The notes beneath the pieces were generated by a model. It saw nothing but the letters and a program-made list of their open reading frames with translations. It searched no databases and was not told the origin of the DNA. A stretch of DNA of 30,989 nucleotides from assembly GCA_003230535.1 (NCBI GenBank), contig QIEW01000280.1, forward strand, positions 1-30,989, written 5' to 3'. Positions 8,081 to 18,328 of this stretch are shown piece by piece (positions within the stretch are counted from its first letter, which is position 1; the number at the start of each line of letters is the position of its first letter). The stretch is from a bacterium (GTDB lineage: Bacteria; SZUA-182; SZUA-191). The position numbers and the translations under genes were made by a program.

Positions 8081-9099
8081 AGGATAAATTCGAAGATAAA
8101 GATAATTATAAAGATAAAAAGATACTGGTTTTGACGGTCGGTTGTATAAACTACGACCATGATATAAACCAATTTGACCCTATCAAGCATCTGTTCCCGA
8201 AGACATTGCGATATAATTATTACGAAAGATTTAATGAAATAGGCAGAGAGAAGATGAATGCCGAATTGATCGAATTGGTCAGGGCTGAGGCGCTGGATTA
8301 TGTCGTTTATATCACACACTTATCCCAGGTTAAGCGGGATACCCTTGTGAGGATAAGAGAAACTGGGGCCAGACTGATAGGCTGGTTTTCGGATGACCAG
8401 TGGCGGTTCGCCAGCTTCTCCAAGAAGCTCGCCAGGTATCTTGATTTTCAGATAACCACATGTCCCATGGCCTACCGGAAATACCTCGATATGAACTTTA
8501 ACCCCATCCTTGTCCCGTGGGGAGCAAACCACCGGGTCTATGTCCGTAAAGAGGGCATGCCGAAGAAATACGATGTTACCTTTGTTGGTCAAAAACATGG
8601 CATAAGAGGAGAGTTGATAACTGAACTGGGAAAGAGGGGGGTCGGCGTTCAATGCTTTGGCAGGGGATGGAACAAGAGGGTATCCATTGAAGAGATGATA
8701 GATATCTTCAACCAGAGTAAGATCAATCTGAATTTCAGTGCCGTAGGTGGTGGGCATCTCAACCAGCTCAAGGCTCGCCATTTTGAGATCCCCATGTGCG
8801 GGGGGTTCCTGTTAACAGATTATGTGGAGGGGCTGGAAAGATTCTTTAACATCGGCTCGGAGATTATCTGTTTTAACGACATTGAGGATGCTGCGGAGAA
8901 GATAAACTATTACCTTGCAAATGATGAGGAGAGGGAAAGAGTGGCAGAGTCTGGGTACCGGACATCGATAGGAAATCACACCTCCGATAACACATTGAAG
9001 GTGGTGTTCGATGAAATCTTCAGGAGAGAAAAGGCATCTTTCAACCCCCCCGTCCCGGGTATGATGGAAAAGATAGTAAACAGAATATTCAGAATATGA
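8077..9099 (+). CDS. CgeB-like (Glyco_trans_1_2) glycosyltransferase
   Basis: YDVTFVGQKHGIR, SKINLNFS, KARHFEIPMCGGFLLTDY, KINYYLANDEERERVAESG. Confidence 0.87.
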   Translation: MKDKFEDKDNYKDKKILVLTVGCINYDHDINQFDPIKHLFPKTLRYNYYERFNEIGREKMNAELIELVRAEALDYVVYITHLSQVKRDTLVRIRETGARLIGWFSDDQWRFASFSKKLARYLDFQITTCPMAYRKYLDMNFNPILVPWGANHRVYVRKEGMPKKYDVTFVGQKHGIRGELITELGKRGVGVQCFGRGWNKRVSIEEMIDIFNQSKINLNFSAVGGGHLNQLKARHFEIPMCGGFLLTDYVEGLERFFNIGSEIICFNDIEDAAEKINYYLANDEERERVAESGYRTSIGNHTSDNTLKVVFDEIFRREKASFNPPVPGMMEKIVNRIFRI

Positions 9100-10031
9100 T
9101 AAGCCGCAGGGGAAAAGTTCTGGTAACAGGCGCTACCGGTATGGTAGGTCGGGCACTTCTTAATGAACTAAAAAATGAAGGTTTTTCCAACATAATCGCT
9201 CCAACCCGGCAAGAACTTGACCTTGCCTATTCACAGGAAGTGGATAGTTTTTTTGACAGGGAACGCCCTAGCTATGTTTACATGGTTGCCGCTAAGGTAG
9301 GGGGGATAGGAGCAAATATGGCCGATCCGGTAGGATTCTTACTGGACAACTTAAAGGTCGAAATAAATTTGTTTGAAGCATGCCACAAATACAACACAAA
9401 GAAGAATCTGTTTCTTGGCAGTTCCTGCATATATCCTAAGGAATGTTCTCAACCAATAAAGGAAGAATATTTAATGAGCGGCCGGCTGGAGCCGACAAAC
9501 GAAGGCTATGCCCTTGCCAAAATAACGGGACTTAAGCTGGCCGAATACTATTACAGACAATACGGAATGCTAACGGTATGTCCCATGCTATGTAATGCTT
9601 ATGGTACTGGCAACAGTTTTGACCTGCAAAATTCGCATGTTTTATCTGCTCTGGTTAAAAGGTTTGTTGATGCAAAGGATGATGGTAAAAAGGAAGTCGT
9701 TTTGTGGGGCTTGGGCGTGGCCAGGCGTGAATTTATACATGTTGACGATGTGGTTGGAGGGTTGATTTTTTTAATGGATAATTATAATTCTCCGGAAATT
9801 ATCAATTTGGGTGCCGGAAAGGATATAACGATTTCTGAACTTGCCGGGTTGATAGCCCGTAAAGTTGGGTTTGAAGGTACAATCAAGTGGGATAGAACCA
9901 AGCCTGACGGGATGTTAAGGAAATGTCTGAATACCGATAAGATTGAGGCATTGGGATTTTCTTCGCGAGTTTCTTTAAAATCCGGTATTGAGCAAACTAT
10001 TGCAGAATACAAGGCGGGAAATAATAAATGA
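9096..10031 (+). CDS. GDP-L-fucose synthase family epimerase/reductase; probable ColC (colitose synthase) by context
   Basis: VTGATGMVG, AAKVGGIGAN, FLGSSCIYP, LEPTNEGYALAK, SHVLSAL, DGMLRKCL. Directly upstream of a ColD-type gene. Confidence 0.92.
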   Translation: MISRRGKVLVTGATGMVGRALLNELKNEGFSNIIAPTRQELDLAYSQEVDSFFDRERPSYVYMVAAKVGGIGANMADPVGFLLDNLKVEINLFEACHKYNTKKNLFLGSSCIYPKECSQPIKEEYLMSGRLEPTNEGYALAKITGLKLAEYYYRQYGMLTVCPMLCNAYGTGNSFDLQNSHVLSALVKRFVDAKDDGKKEVVLWGLGVARREFIHVDDVVGGLIFLMDNYNSPEIINLGAGKDITISELAGLIARKVGFEGTIKWDRTKPDGMLRKCLNTDKIEALGFSSRVSLKSGIEQTIAEYKAGNNK

Positions 10032-11218
10032 TACCGTTAATGAAAAACACTTTTTATAATGAATTTGATACCAAAATTGCTTTGGCTGAATTCATATCGA
10101 GAACCTCACGTTTTAGTATGAATATTAAATGTTTTGAATTTGAAAGAGCCTTTGCGAAGTCTCAGGACAGAAAAGAATGCATTCTTCTTAATAGCGGGGG
10201 AAGTGCAAATTTAGCCTTGTTTCAAGCATATAAAAACATGGGTCGCCTAAAGGAAGGTGATAAAGTGGGGTTTTCAGCCCTTACCTGGTCTACTAATGTG
10301 ATGCCCATAATTCAAATGGGAATGATTCCCATCCCCATAGATTGTGAACCGACCACTTTAAATGTAATGTCAGAAAACTTACTGTCACAATTAAAAAACG
10401 ATAAATTACAGGCTGTTTTCCTTACTAATGCGTTGGGATTTACTGGAGATTTAGTACGGATCAAAGAAGTATGCCGGGAGAACAATATAGTTTTTTTTGA
10501 GGACAACTGTGAAGCTTTAGGGACTGAATTGCCGGAAGGCAAGGCCGGTAATTTTTCGTTAGCGTCAACTTTTTCTTTCTTTGTAGCGCACCATATGTCA
10601 ACGATTGAGGGAGGAGCAGTTTGTACGGACGACGAAGAGTTGGCGGAAATGTTACGCATTGTGCGGGCAAATGGGTGGGATAGGAATTTGAATTCGGTTC
10701 AGCAACAGAAATGGCGCAACAGGTTTAATATAGACAGTGAATTTGAGGCAAAATATACATTTTATGATCTTGGTTTTAATATGCGTCCCACTGAAATTGT
10801 GGGCTTTCTCGGACTTAATCAGCTTCAGTATTTGATGGAAATCTGTAAACAGAGAGAATCGAACTATAAAAGACTTGAAACAGAAGTAAAAAAAAATCCC
10901 GACCTCATTACGCTGGATCGTTCTCATATTTCGGTTCTATCTAATTTTGCATTTCCTGTTCTTTGCAGAACACGGGAACTGCGCACCAAGTACCTTGCCC
11001 AGTTTTCAGGCGCCGGCGTGGAAGTCAGACCTATGATTGCGGGTAATATACAACGACAACCTTTCTATAAAAAATATGCATCCAGAAATTATGACCTGCC
11101 AGGAACGGACTTTATCCATGATTGCGGCTTCTACTTCGGAAATTATCCCGAGTTGACAGATATAGACATCGTGGTTTTGAGTTCTTGTTTGTCCAAATAT
11201 TCCAATTCTACCCCATAA
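10028..11218 (+). CDS. colD: ColD-type GDP-4-keto-6-deoxy-D-mannose 3-dehydratase (PLP-dependent)
   Basis: DegT fold (NSGGSANLA, FEDNCEALG) with FSFFVAHHMSTIEGG: His replaces the catalytic Lys, as in ColD-type dehydratases. At 396 aa it matches ColD better than the longer E1/RfbH. Confidence 0.8.
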   Translation: MIPLMKNTFYNEFDTKIALAEFISRTSRFSMNIKCFEFERAFAKSQDRKECILLNSGGSANLALFQAYKNMGRLKEGDKVGFSALTWSTNVMPIIQMGMIPIPIDCEPTTLNVMSENLLSQLKNDKLQAVFLTNALGFTGDLVRIKEVCRENNIVFFEDNCEALGTELPEGKAGNFSLASTFSFFVAHHMSTIEGGAVCTDDEELAEMLRIVRANGWDRNLNSVQQQKWRNRFNIDSEFEAKYTFYDLGFNMRPTEIVGFLGLNQLQYLMEICKQRESNYKRLETEVKKNPDLITLDRSHISVLSNFAFPVLCRTRELRTKYLAQFSGAGVEVRPMIAGNIQRQPFYKKYASRNYDLPGTDFIHDCGFYFGNYPELTDIDIVVLSSCLSKYSNSTP

Positions 11219-11235
11219 TAAGGTGGCCAACGAAC

Positions 11236-12543
11236 ATGATGAACATTTTAATGATGACCTCAGCAGCACCCAAGACAGCTCCTTTTTCTACCGACGAAAA
11301 AAAACCTCCGCTGGGGTTGGGCTTTCTTATGGCTATGCTAAAGAATGCAGGGCATCGAGTATTTTTCCAAGACAATTATCTAAGACCATCAAATGTATTG
11401 GATACAGATTATTTAGTCAAGCAACAGATTGATTTTGTGGGCATATATTCTAACACCATCTGCTACCAAAGCACATTAGAGTACTTTCGGAAGATGCAGA
11501 AGATGCGGGAGGAGGGAAAATGGGGTGGTAAGATCATTGTAGGTGGGCCTCATACTTCAGTAGGGGCCGATACAATTCCTGACTATGTAGATTATGTGGT
11601 GATCGGTGAGGGCGAAAAGAGTGTTTTGGATATAATAGAAGGAAAGGTTCAGAAAAGAATTGTCCAAGGCAAGAAAATACAGGACATGGATTCTTTGCCC
11701 CTGCCAACCTGGGAGGAGTTCATTCATCTGCCATATCAGTGGAATGATTATCGTATTGATTCATGCCCGATATATAATCTTAACACTAGCCGCGGTTGCC
11801 CTTTTAGTTGCATCTTTTGTTCGGTAAAAGCCGTCTGGGGGAAGACTTATCGCTATATGTCCGCCAAACGGGTAGTCAACGATATCCAGCACCTACAGAA
11901 ATACTACGGTGCAAAGTGTATTAATTTCAGGGAAGATCATTTTACTTTAAACAAAAAACGCACCATTGAATTTTGCGAAATTCTGTTAAGAAAAAATATC
12001 CGGATTGCTTGGATGTGTGAAACTAGAGTTGATCAACTGGACGATTTTGAATATCAAAACTTAATGGCCAATGCGGGTTGTAATCTATTTTATATAGGCG
12101 TTGAAAGCGGGAGCCAGCGTATGCTTGACTTCTTTAAAAAGGGAGAAAAGGTTGAGCAGTTCATAAACGCTTTTGACATTGCGCACAAAGTAGGAATAAA
12201 GACACATGCTAGTTTTGTGGTTGGTGCTCCCCCGGAGTCGGAAGAGGATTTAAAAAAAACCTATCAGTTGATTGAGCGGATCAAACCCGATTACACTAGT
12301 ATGAATGTTTATACAGGTCTTCCGGGAAGCGAATTATATAATTACGTAAAAGAAAATGGCTTGTATGAATTTGAGGATGAAAATCATGTGTTGTATTTAA
12401 AAGGCCACAACCAAAGGGTAGACAAATTCTATGGTGGAGCCCTGAATCGTAAAATTCCTGGAAGTTTGTCTCAATACTTCTTGGTGAAAGAAAAAACCAG
12501 GAATAAATATCGAAGATTATTTTCAAAGTTAAGATTCGGCTAG
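11236..12543 (+). CDS. B12-binding radical SAM protein (class B methylase-like), copy 1
   Basis: KPPLGLGFL, IIVGGPHTS, VVIGEGE (B12-binding domain); TSRGCPFSCIFC (CxxxCxxC); GVESGSQRML. Start at ATG 11236 after an AAGGTGG SD-like motif, not 11122, which overlaps colD. Confidence 0.93.
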   Translation: MMNILMMTSAAPKTAPFSTDEKKPPLGLGFLMAMLKNAGHRVFFQDNYLRPSNVLDTDYLVKQQIDFVGIYSNTICYQSTLEYFRKMQKMREEGKWGGKIIVGGPHTSVGADTIPDYVDYVVIGEGEKSVLDIIEGKVQKRIVQGKKIQDMDSLPLPTWEEFIHLPYQWNDYRIDSCPIYNLNTSRGCPFSCIFCSVKAVWGKTYRYMSAKRVVNDIQHLQKYYGAKCINFREDHFTLNKKRTIEFCEILLRKNIRIAWMCETRVDQLDDFEYQNLMANAGCNLFYIGVESGSQRMLDFFKKGEKVEQFINAFDIAHKVGIKTHASFVVGAPPESEEDLKKTYQLIERIKPDYTSMNVYTGLPGSELYNYVKENGLYEFEDENHVLYLKGHNQRVDKFYGGALNRKIPGSLSQYFLVKEKTRNKYRRLFSKLRFG

Positions 12544-12551
12544 AACACTCT

Positions 12552-13397
12552 ATGATTCATCCAAAAGTAACAGTTTTAATGTCAGTCTATAATGGGGAAA
12601 GGTTTCTGCGGGAGGCTATAGACAGCATTTTGAACCAAACATACAAAAACCTTGAGTTTTTAATTATTAACGATGGGTCTACTGACCGCAGTCGGGAGAT
12701 TATTCTCTCCTATGGCGATCCCCGCATTAGGCTTATTGACAATGAGAAAAACATAGGCCTTACACGCTCACTAAATAAAGGCCTCGGGTTGGCTAGGGGC
12801 GAATACATTGCCCGGATGGATGCGGATGATATTTCATTGCCTAATAGGCTAGAGACACAGTTTGAATATATGGAAGCACATCCAAATATTGGGCTAGTAG
12901 GTAGTTGCTGTATTACGATTGATGAAGATCACAATCCGATAGGAGAAGGAGATAAAAACAGCCGCCCTTTAAGCCATAAGGAGTTGGTGAAGAACCATCT
13001 AAGGGGTCATCATTACGTTGCCCACGGCGCATTCTTTTTTAGAAAGTCTATTGTGGATTATGTCGGGATGTATGATGAAGACTTCATGGTTACGCAGGAC
13101 ATGGATTTTGTCCTCAGGGTATCCGAGAGGTTTGAGATAGCAAACGTACCCAAGGTCTTATATAAATGGAGAATGAGCAAGGAGAACTTAAGCAGTAAGA
13201 ATATCGATTTGCGGATACGATACATATACCTTGCTATAAATAAGGCATTGCTGAGAAAGGCGGAAATGATATCCTTAACAGTATTTGGTTACGGCATTTT
13301 CGAAAGATTGCTTTCCGCCTATTATAGGCTCATAGCAGTATATCGCTGCTGGAGATACCGACTTGATGAACTGAAGAAAAAGGATACTTTTTATTGA
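12552..13397 (+). CDS. GT2 glycosyltransferase, copy 1
   Basis: VTVLMSVYNGERFL, IINDGSTD, YIARMDADD, TQDMDF. Confidence 0.95.
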   Translation: MIHPKVTVLMSVYNGERFLREAIDSILNQTYKNLEFLIINDGSTDRSREIILSYGDPRIRLIDNEKNIGLTRSLNKGLGLARGEYIARMDADDISLPNRLETQFEYMEAHPNIGLVGSCCITIDEDHNPIGEGDKNSRPLSHKELVKNHLRGHHYVAHGAFFFRKSIVDYVGMYDEDFMVTQDMDFVLRVSERFEIANVPKVLYKWRMSKENLSSKNIDLRIRYIYLAINKALLRKAEMISLTVFGYGIFERLLSAYYRLIAVYRCWRYRLDELKKKDTFY

Positions 13398-13545
13398 GTT
13401 TGATTTTTCGCTAAACCTTCTTCGTTATATCCATATTCAATTCATGGAAGGTGTAAAAAAGTGGTAGAGAGTTTTTTCCCAGTCTCACAGTAAAGGGCCA
13501 ACTGCATGAAAAAGCTTGTTCGAAAAGTTCAGGATGATAACTAAA

Positions 13546-14844
13546 ATGAACATCCTCATCATGACCTCAGCCGCACCGAAAGTAGCGCCAGTCTCCACGG
13601 CTGAGAAAAGACCACCGCTGGGGCTGGGCTTTATTATTGCGGTGCTGAAAAATGCTGAACACAGGGTATTTTTCCGAGACAATTACCTTAAGCCATCAGA
13701 TGTGCTGGATACAAATTTTTTGGTTAAGAAAAAGATTGATTTTGTGGGCATATATTCCAATACCATCTGCTACCAAAGTACCCTGGAGTATTTTAGGAAG
13801 TTGCAGAAGATGAGGGAGGAGGGGAAGTGGAGCGGCAAGATTATTGTAGGTGGGCCCCATACTTCGGTGGGAGCCGATAAAATTCCTGACTATGTGGACT
13901 ATGTGGTGATCGGTGAGGGCGAAAAGAGTGTTTTGGATATAATAGAAGGAAAAGTTCAGAAAAGAATTGTCCAAGGCAAGAAAATACAGGACATGGATTC
14001 GCTGCCTTTGCCAGCGTGGGAGGAGTTTATTCATTTACCATACCAATGGTCAGATCCCTGGCTTGATTCTTACCCGATATATACCTTTAATACCAGCCGG
14101 GGCTGCCCTTTTAGCTGCACCTTTTGCTCAGTGAAAGCCATCTGGGGAAAAACCTATCGTTGCATGTCTGCCGAGCGGGTGGTTAGTGACATCCGGTATA
14201 TGCAGAAATACTATGGCGCAAAGTGCATCTACTTCAGGGAAGATCATTTTACCTTAAACAAGAAGCGGACGGCTGAATTCTGTGAGCTACTGCTTAGGAA
14301 GAATATCCAAATTGATTGGATGTGCGAGACCAGGGTGGATCAACTGGATGATTTTGAGTATCAAGCCTTGATGTCGAGGTCGGGGTGCAAGGTCTTTTAT
14401 GTAGGCGTTGAAAGTGGGAGTCCGCGGATGCTTGAATTTTTCAAGAAAGGCGAAACGATAGAACAATTCATAAAAGCCTTTGATATCGCCCATAAATTGG
14501 GAATCAAGACTTACGCCAGCTTTGTGGTTGGTGCCCCTACGGAAACAAAAACGGATTTAAGAAAAACTTATCGGTTGATTGAGCGGCTCAAACCTGATTA
14601 TACCGGCATGAATGTTTTCATAGGGTTTCCAGGAAGCGAGTTATATAACTACACAAAGGATAACAACTTATATGAATTTGAAGATGACAACCATGTCTTA
14701 TATTTAAAAGGCTATAACAAACGGGTGAATAGATTCTATAATGGAAACCCGTATTTTAAAATTCCTGGGAGTGTATCGAAATGCTCACTGCCGATGTGGA
14801 AAATTAAGAAAAAATGTCAAGGGTTATTATCAATATTAAGGTAA
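13546..14844 (+). CDS. B12-binding radical SAM protein, copy 2
   Basis: RPPLGLGFI, IIVGGPHTS, TSRGCPFSCTFC, GVESGSPRML. Start placed at ATG 13546 by alignment with copy 1. Confidence 0.93.
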   Translation: MNILIMTSAAPKVAPVSTAEKRPPLGLGFIIAVLKNAEHRVFFRDNYLKPSDVLDTNFLVKKKIDFVGIYSNTICYQSTLEYFRKLQKMREEGKWSGKIIVGGPHTSVGADKIPDYVDYVVIGEGEKSVLDIIEGKVQKRIVQGKKIQDMDSLPLPAWEEFIHLPYQWSDPWLDSYPIYTFNTSRGCPFSCTFCSVKAIWGKTYRCMSAERVVSDIRYMQKYYGAKCIYFREDHFTLNKKRTAEFCELLLRKNIQIDWMCETRVDQLDDFEYQALMSRSGCKVFYVGVESGSPRMLEFFKKGETIEQFIKAFDIAHKLGIKTYASFVVGAPTETKTDLRKTYRLIERLKPDYTGMNVFIGFPGSELYNYTKDNNLYEFEDDNHVLYLKGYNKRVNRFYNGNPYFKIPGSVSKCSLPMWKIKKKCQGLLSILR

Positions 14845-14862
14845 GGTTAAAGGTATCATTTT

Positions 14863-15693
14863 ATGGGTCATCCAAAAGTAACAGTTCTAATGTCAGTCTA
14901 TAACGGAGAAAGATTCCTGCGGGAGGCTATAGAGAGCATTCTTAACCAGACATACAAATGTTTTGAGTTTTTAATCATCAACGATGGATCTACTGACCGC
15001 AGTCGGGAGATTATCCTCTCCTATAATGACCCCCGTATCAGGTTGGCTGACAATAAGCAAAACATTGGCCTTACACGATCACTAAATAAAGGCCTCGGGC
15101 TGGCTGAGGGAGGATACATCGCTCGCATGGACGCAGACGATATTTCCATGCCCGAGAGGCTTGAGATACAATTTGAATATATGGAAGCAAATCCAAATAT
15201 CGGGCTGGTGGGAAGTTACTATCTTATAATCGATGAGGACAGAAAGCCCATAAACAAACTTGCGCAAGACAATCTCCCTCTTAACCACAAAGACTTAGTG
15301 AAACACCATTTTAGAACCCACTACGTTATCGGTACGTGCTTTTATAGAAAATCTATTGTGGATTATGTCGGGATGTACGATGAGGACTTCAGGTATACCC
15401 AGGATATGGATTTTCTACTCAGGGTATCTGAGAGGTTTGAAATAGCCAACCTTCCCAGAGTATTATACAAGTGCACAATATGGAGGAACACCATAACCAG
15501 TAAGCACGGTGATTTGCAGAGACGATACAAATACCTTGCCATAAGTAAGGCGTTGTTGAGAAAAGCCGAAAAGGTATCTGAAACGGCACTGGATAGTTGT
15601 ATTTTCGAAAAGTTGTTTTCCGGCTATTACAGGGTCGTTGCCGGATATCTCCGTTGGAGGTACCGTCTCGATGAACTGACAAAGAAAGATTAG
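14863..15693 (+). CDS. GT2 glycosyltransferase, copy 2
   Basis: Paralog of 12552-13397: VTVLMSVYNGERFL, INDGSTD, ARMDADD, YTQDMDF. Confidence 0.95.
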   Translation: MGHPKVTVLMSVYNGERFLREAIESILNQTYKCFEFLIINDGSTDRSREIILSYNDPRIRLADNKQNIGLTRSLNKGLGLAEGGYIARMDADDISMPERLEIQFEYMEANPNIGLVGSYYLIIDEDRKPINKLAQDNLPLNHKDLVKHHFRTHYVIGTCFYRKSIVDYVGMYDEDFRYTQDMDFLLRVSERFEIANLPRVLYKCTIWRNTITSKHGDLQRRYKYLAISKALLRKAEKVSETALDSCIFEKLFSGYYRVVAGYLRWRYRLDELTKKD

Positions 15694-15698
15694 AAGCC

Positions 15699-16580
15699 TT
15701 GGGCTTGAAATTTCGCTCCACTATCATTATACCAGTTTTCAATACGGGAGAGGTTTTGAAGGAAACCTTAGAGTGTGCCTTTTCTCAGTCTGGGGGGAAA
15801 GATGAAATCATCATCGTTGATGATGCCTCAACCGACAGGGATACGCTGGATATTATCGATGACTTCCGGAAGCGCAAATATGTAAAGGTGGTTCGTCATG
15901 AACGCAACAGAGGGCTTGGCGCTGCCCGCAATACAGGGGTGACAAATGCTTCCGCTGAGATTATCGTCCCTCTCGATGCGGATGACCTGTTAGCGCCGGG
16001 CTATTTTGAAAAGATGTTAGCGCCGTTTTCCGATCCGGCGGTCGCCTTTACCTATTGTGATGTCCAATGTTTCGGGGATTCAAATGAATTGTGGCCTTCA
16101 GCCCCCTTTGATCGCGGCAGAATTCTTCGGATGCAATACATTTGCGGCTGTTCCCCCTTTAGAAAACGTGTTCATGAGGTTGTTGGCGGGTACTGCGAGG
16201 AGGATGTCTTCCGTGACATGAACGAGGACTGGGACTTCTGGTTGAGCGTCTGCGAACAGGGATTTAAAGGAGTTTATGTTACCGGCGGTCTGTATTTGTA
16301 CCGCATACATGGCGTTAATATGTCTAAGGTGCCAAGGACATTTTCCGCCGCCATTCAGCAGCGTATGCTGGAAAGACACAAGGAATTTATTCTGAAATAT
16401 ATACCGGCGCAAAGGTTTTTGGCGCATGGATATGAAGAGACTGGATATGCGCATTTGAAAAAAAATGAACCGCTGGCGGCAATGGATTATATTTTGAAGC
16501 TGCTGACGACTCCGGGAAAGCGTCTCCAGGGGGTTAGGCTTGGAGTGGCGACGGTTAGGCATGTGTTGGGCATGTATTAA
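15699..16580 (+). CDS. GT2 glycosyltransferase
   Basis: IIIPVFN, IVDDASTD, GLGAARNTG, PLDADD, NEDWDFWL. TTG start, exact position uncertain. Confidence 0.92.
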   Translation: MGLKFRSTIIIPVFNTGEVLKETLECAFSQSGGKDEIIIVDDASTDRDTLDIIDDFRKRKYVKVVRHERNRGLGAARNTGVTNASAEIIVPLDADDLLAPGYFEKMLAPFSDPAVAFTYCDVQCFGDSNELWPSAPFDRGRILRMQYICGCSPFRKRVHEVVGGYCEEDVFRDMNEDWDFWLSVCEQGFKGVYVTGGLYLYRIHGVNMSKVPRTFSAAIQQRMLERHKEFILKYIPAQRFLAHGYEETGYAHLKKNEPLAAMDYILKLLTTPGKRLQGVRLGVATVRHVLGMY

Positions 16581-16627
16581 AACGTGTCAGCTGACATTGG
16601 CAAGTTATTTTATAAGGAAACGCAAGC

Positions 16628-17245
16628 ATGTTTAAGAGAAAATTAATTAGACTTTTCACGATAGCGTTTGAGCGATCTGGCCTTTATAAATATTCGGCAG
16701 TAAGAAAGATGTACTATGACCTACGAGTGAAAGATATTGACGATCAATGGGGAAGGTCAACCGGTGACTATGATATTTTAAGAGGCTTGATCTCTTCAAT
16801 CACAGTAAATCGCATCCTTGATATTGGATGTGGAAGTGGTCGTCTATTTCCATTATATAACAGTATGGGAATAAAAGAAGTAATCGGGCAGGACATCGCA
16901 AATAGTGCTCTCGATTTGGCAAAAGCGCGATATAATTATTCAAATATAAAACTATTAGTAAATTTACCCGTTGAGGTTCTTGATTTCCCTAAATCTTATT
17001 TTGATCTCGTTATTTCTAATCGCGTTCTGCAACATATTCCACAAAATTCCATAGAATCAACGATAGAAACCGTTTGTAGGTTAGGCAAGTTTGTATACAT
17101 CAACGAACTTTCTGATACAGATGGAGTATCTTCTGGTTCATATGTTTTTAAACATGACTATATGCGGTTATTCGGTATCTTTGGCTTTACAGTAAAAAAC
17201 AAAGGACTTAAGGGTAAACAAACATGGCTTCTATTTGGGAAATAG
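16628..17245 (+). CDS. Class I SAM-dependent methyltransferase
   Basis: RILDIGCGSGRLF, GQDIANSAL, FDLVISNRVLQHI. Confidence 0.9.
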   Translation: MFKRKLIRLFTIAFERSGLYKYSAVRKMYYDLRVKDIDDQWGRSTGDYDILRGLISSITVNRILDIGCGSGRLFPLYNSMGIKEVIGQDIANSALDLAKARYNYSNIKLLVNLPVEVLDFPKSYFDLVISNRVLQHIPQNSIESTIETVCRLGKFVYINELSDTDGVSSGSYVFKHDYMRLFGIFGFTVKNKGLKGKQTWLLFGK

Positions 17246-17338
17246 GGGTAGGGTACCTATTAAAAAAACTCTCAAGCCCCCAAAATGCTCCTGCTGATTC
17301 GTATTGCAAGTGAAGCAAACTGAGTTAGAAGTGTTATT

Positions 17339-18328
17339 ATGGACTGGAAAAATAAAAAGGTGCTGGTAACCGGCGCTGGTGGCTTCATAGGTAGTTATTT
17401 GGTTAGGGCCCTGCTGCCCCGATGTGCAGCACTTACCGCTATGATAAAGTATAATTCCGGGAACAATTGGGGGAACCTTGAGCTTCTTCCGGACGATGTC
17501 CGCAGGCATATCCAGGTCGAGGCCGGAGACGTTCGAGACCCATTCTTTATCAGAAAAATAGTTAAGGATAAAAATGTGGTTTTTCATCTGGCGGCGCTGA
17601 TACCGATTCCATATTCCTATATTGCCCCGCTTAGCTACATCCAAACAAACGTAGAGGGTACCTTAAATATTATGATGGCTTGCCGGGAGCACGGCGTTGA
17701 GAAGGTGGTACATACCTCGACCAGTGAAGTCTACGGAACGGCTTTATATACTCCCATAGACGAGCAACATCCTCTATGTGCCCAATCTCCATACTCGGCG
17801 ACTAAAATTGGTGCGGACAAGATAGCTGAAAGTTTTCATCTCTCCTTCGGTTTGTCTGTTGCGACAATCCGGCCATTCAACACCTTCGGCCCAAGACAAT
17901 CCGCCAGGGCGATTATCCCTACAATTATAAGCCAGGCATTAGCCAGGGATTATATTGAGGTTGGATCGGTAGCGCCGGTAAGGGATTTTACCTTTGTAAA
18001 GGATACGGTGAATGGCTTTATCCAGATTGCTGAAAAACAAGAATCAATTGGTAAGGTAATAAATATCGGATCGGGCAAGGGAATTACGATAGATAATCTC
18101 AGTAAACTTATCTTAAAAATTTTGGGAATAGAAAAGAAAATTATTGCCGATGCGAAACGTATTCGCCCGGAGAAAAGTGAAGTTATGAAACTCATCTGCA
18201 ATAATTCAAAAGCCTGGTCTACCATCGGCTGGAAACCGCTATACACTCTTGAAGACGGGTTGAGGGAATCTGTAGAGGACATTAAACAGAATATTAATCG
18301 TTATAAGGTGTCTGTATACAATGTCTGA
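17339..18328 (+). CDS. NAD-dependent NDP-sugar 4,6-dehydratase, LegB-like
   Basis: VLVTGAGGFIG, HLAALIPIPYSY, HTSTSEVYG, YSATK, RPFNTFGPRQSARAIIP. Confidence 0.88.
   Translation: MDWKNKKVLVTGAGGFIGSYLVRALLPRCAALTAMIKYNSGNNWGNLELLPDDVRRHIQVEAGDVRDPFFIRKIVKDKNVVFHLAALIPIPYSYIAPLSYIQTNVEGTLNIMMACREHGVEKVVHTSTSEVYGTALYTPIDEQHPLCAQSPYSATKIGADKIAESFHLSFGLSVATIRPFNTFGPRQSARAIIPTIISQALARDYIEVGSVAPVRDFTFVKDTVNGFIQIAEKQESIGKVINIGSGKGITIDNLSKLILKILGIEKKIIADAKRIRPEKSEVMKLICNNSKAWSTIGWKPLYTLEDGLRESVEDIKQNINRYKVSVYNV

Larger units (their letters stand above)
11236..15693 (+). repeat. Tandem duplication of a [radical SAM + GT2] two-gene unit (offset about 2.31 kb)
   Basis: Both gene pairs are colinear paralogs. 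11593-11693 and 13900-14000 match at 100 of 101 nt by hand alignment. Confidence 0.92.

Noticed and set aside
11122-11235. N-terminal extension of radical SAM copy 1
   Set aside because: It overlaps colD by about 100 nt. The paralog and the SD position support a start at 11236.
4484-12259. A8-A9 and T8 tracts at about 4484, 10491, 10888, 11297 and 12252
   Set aside because: Lys/Phe codon runs in AT-rich genes explain them.
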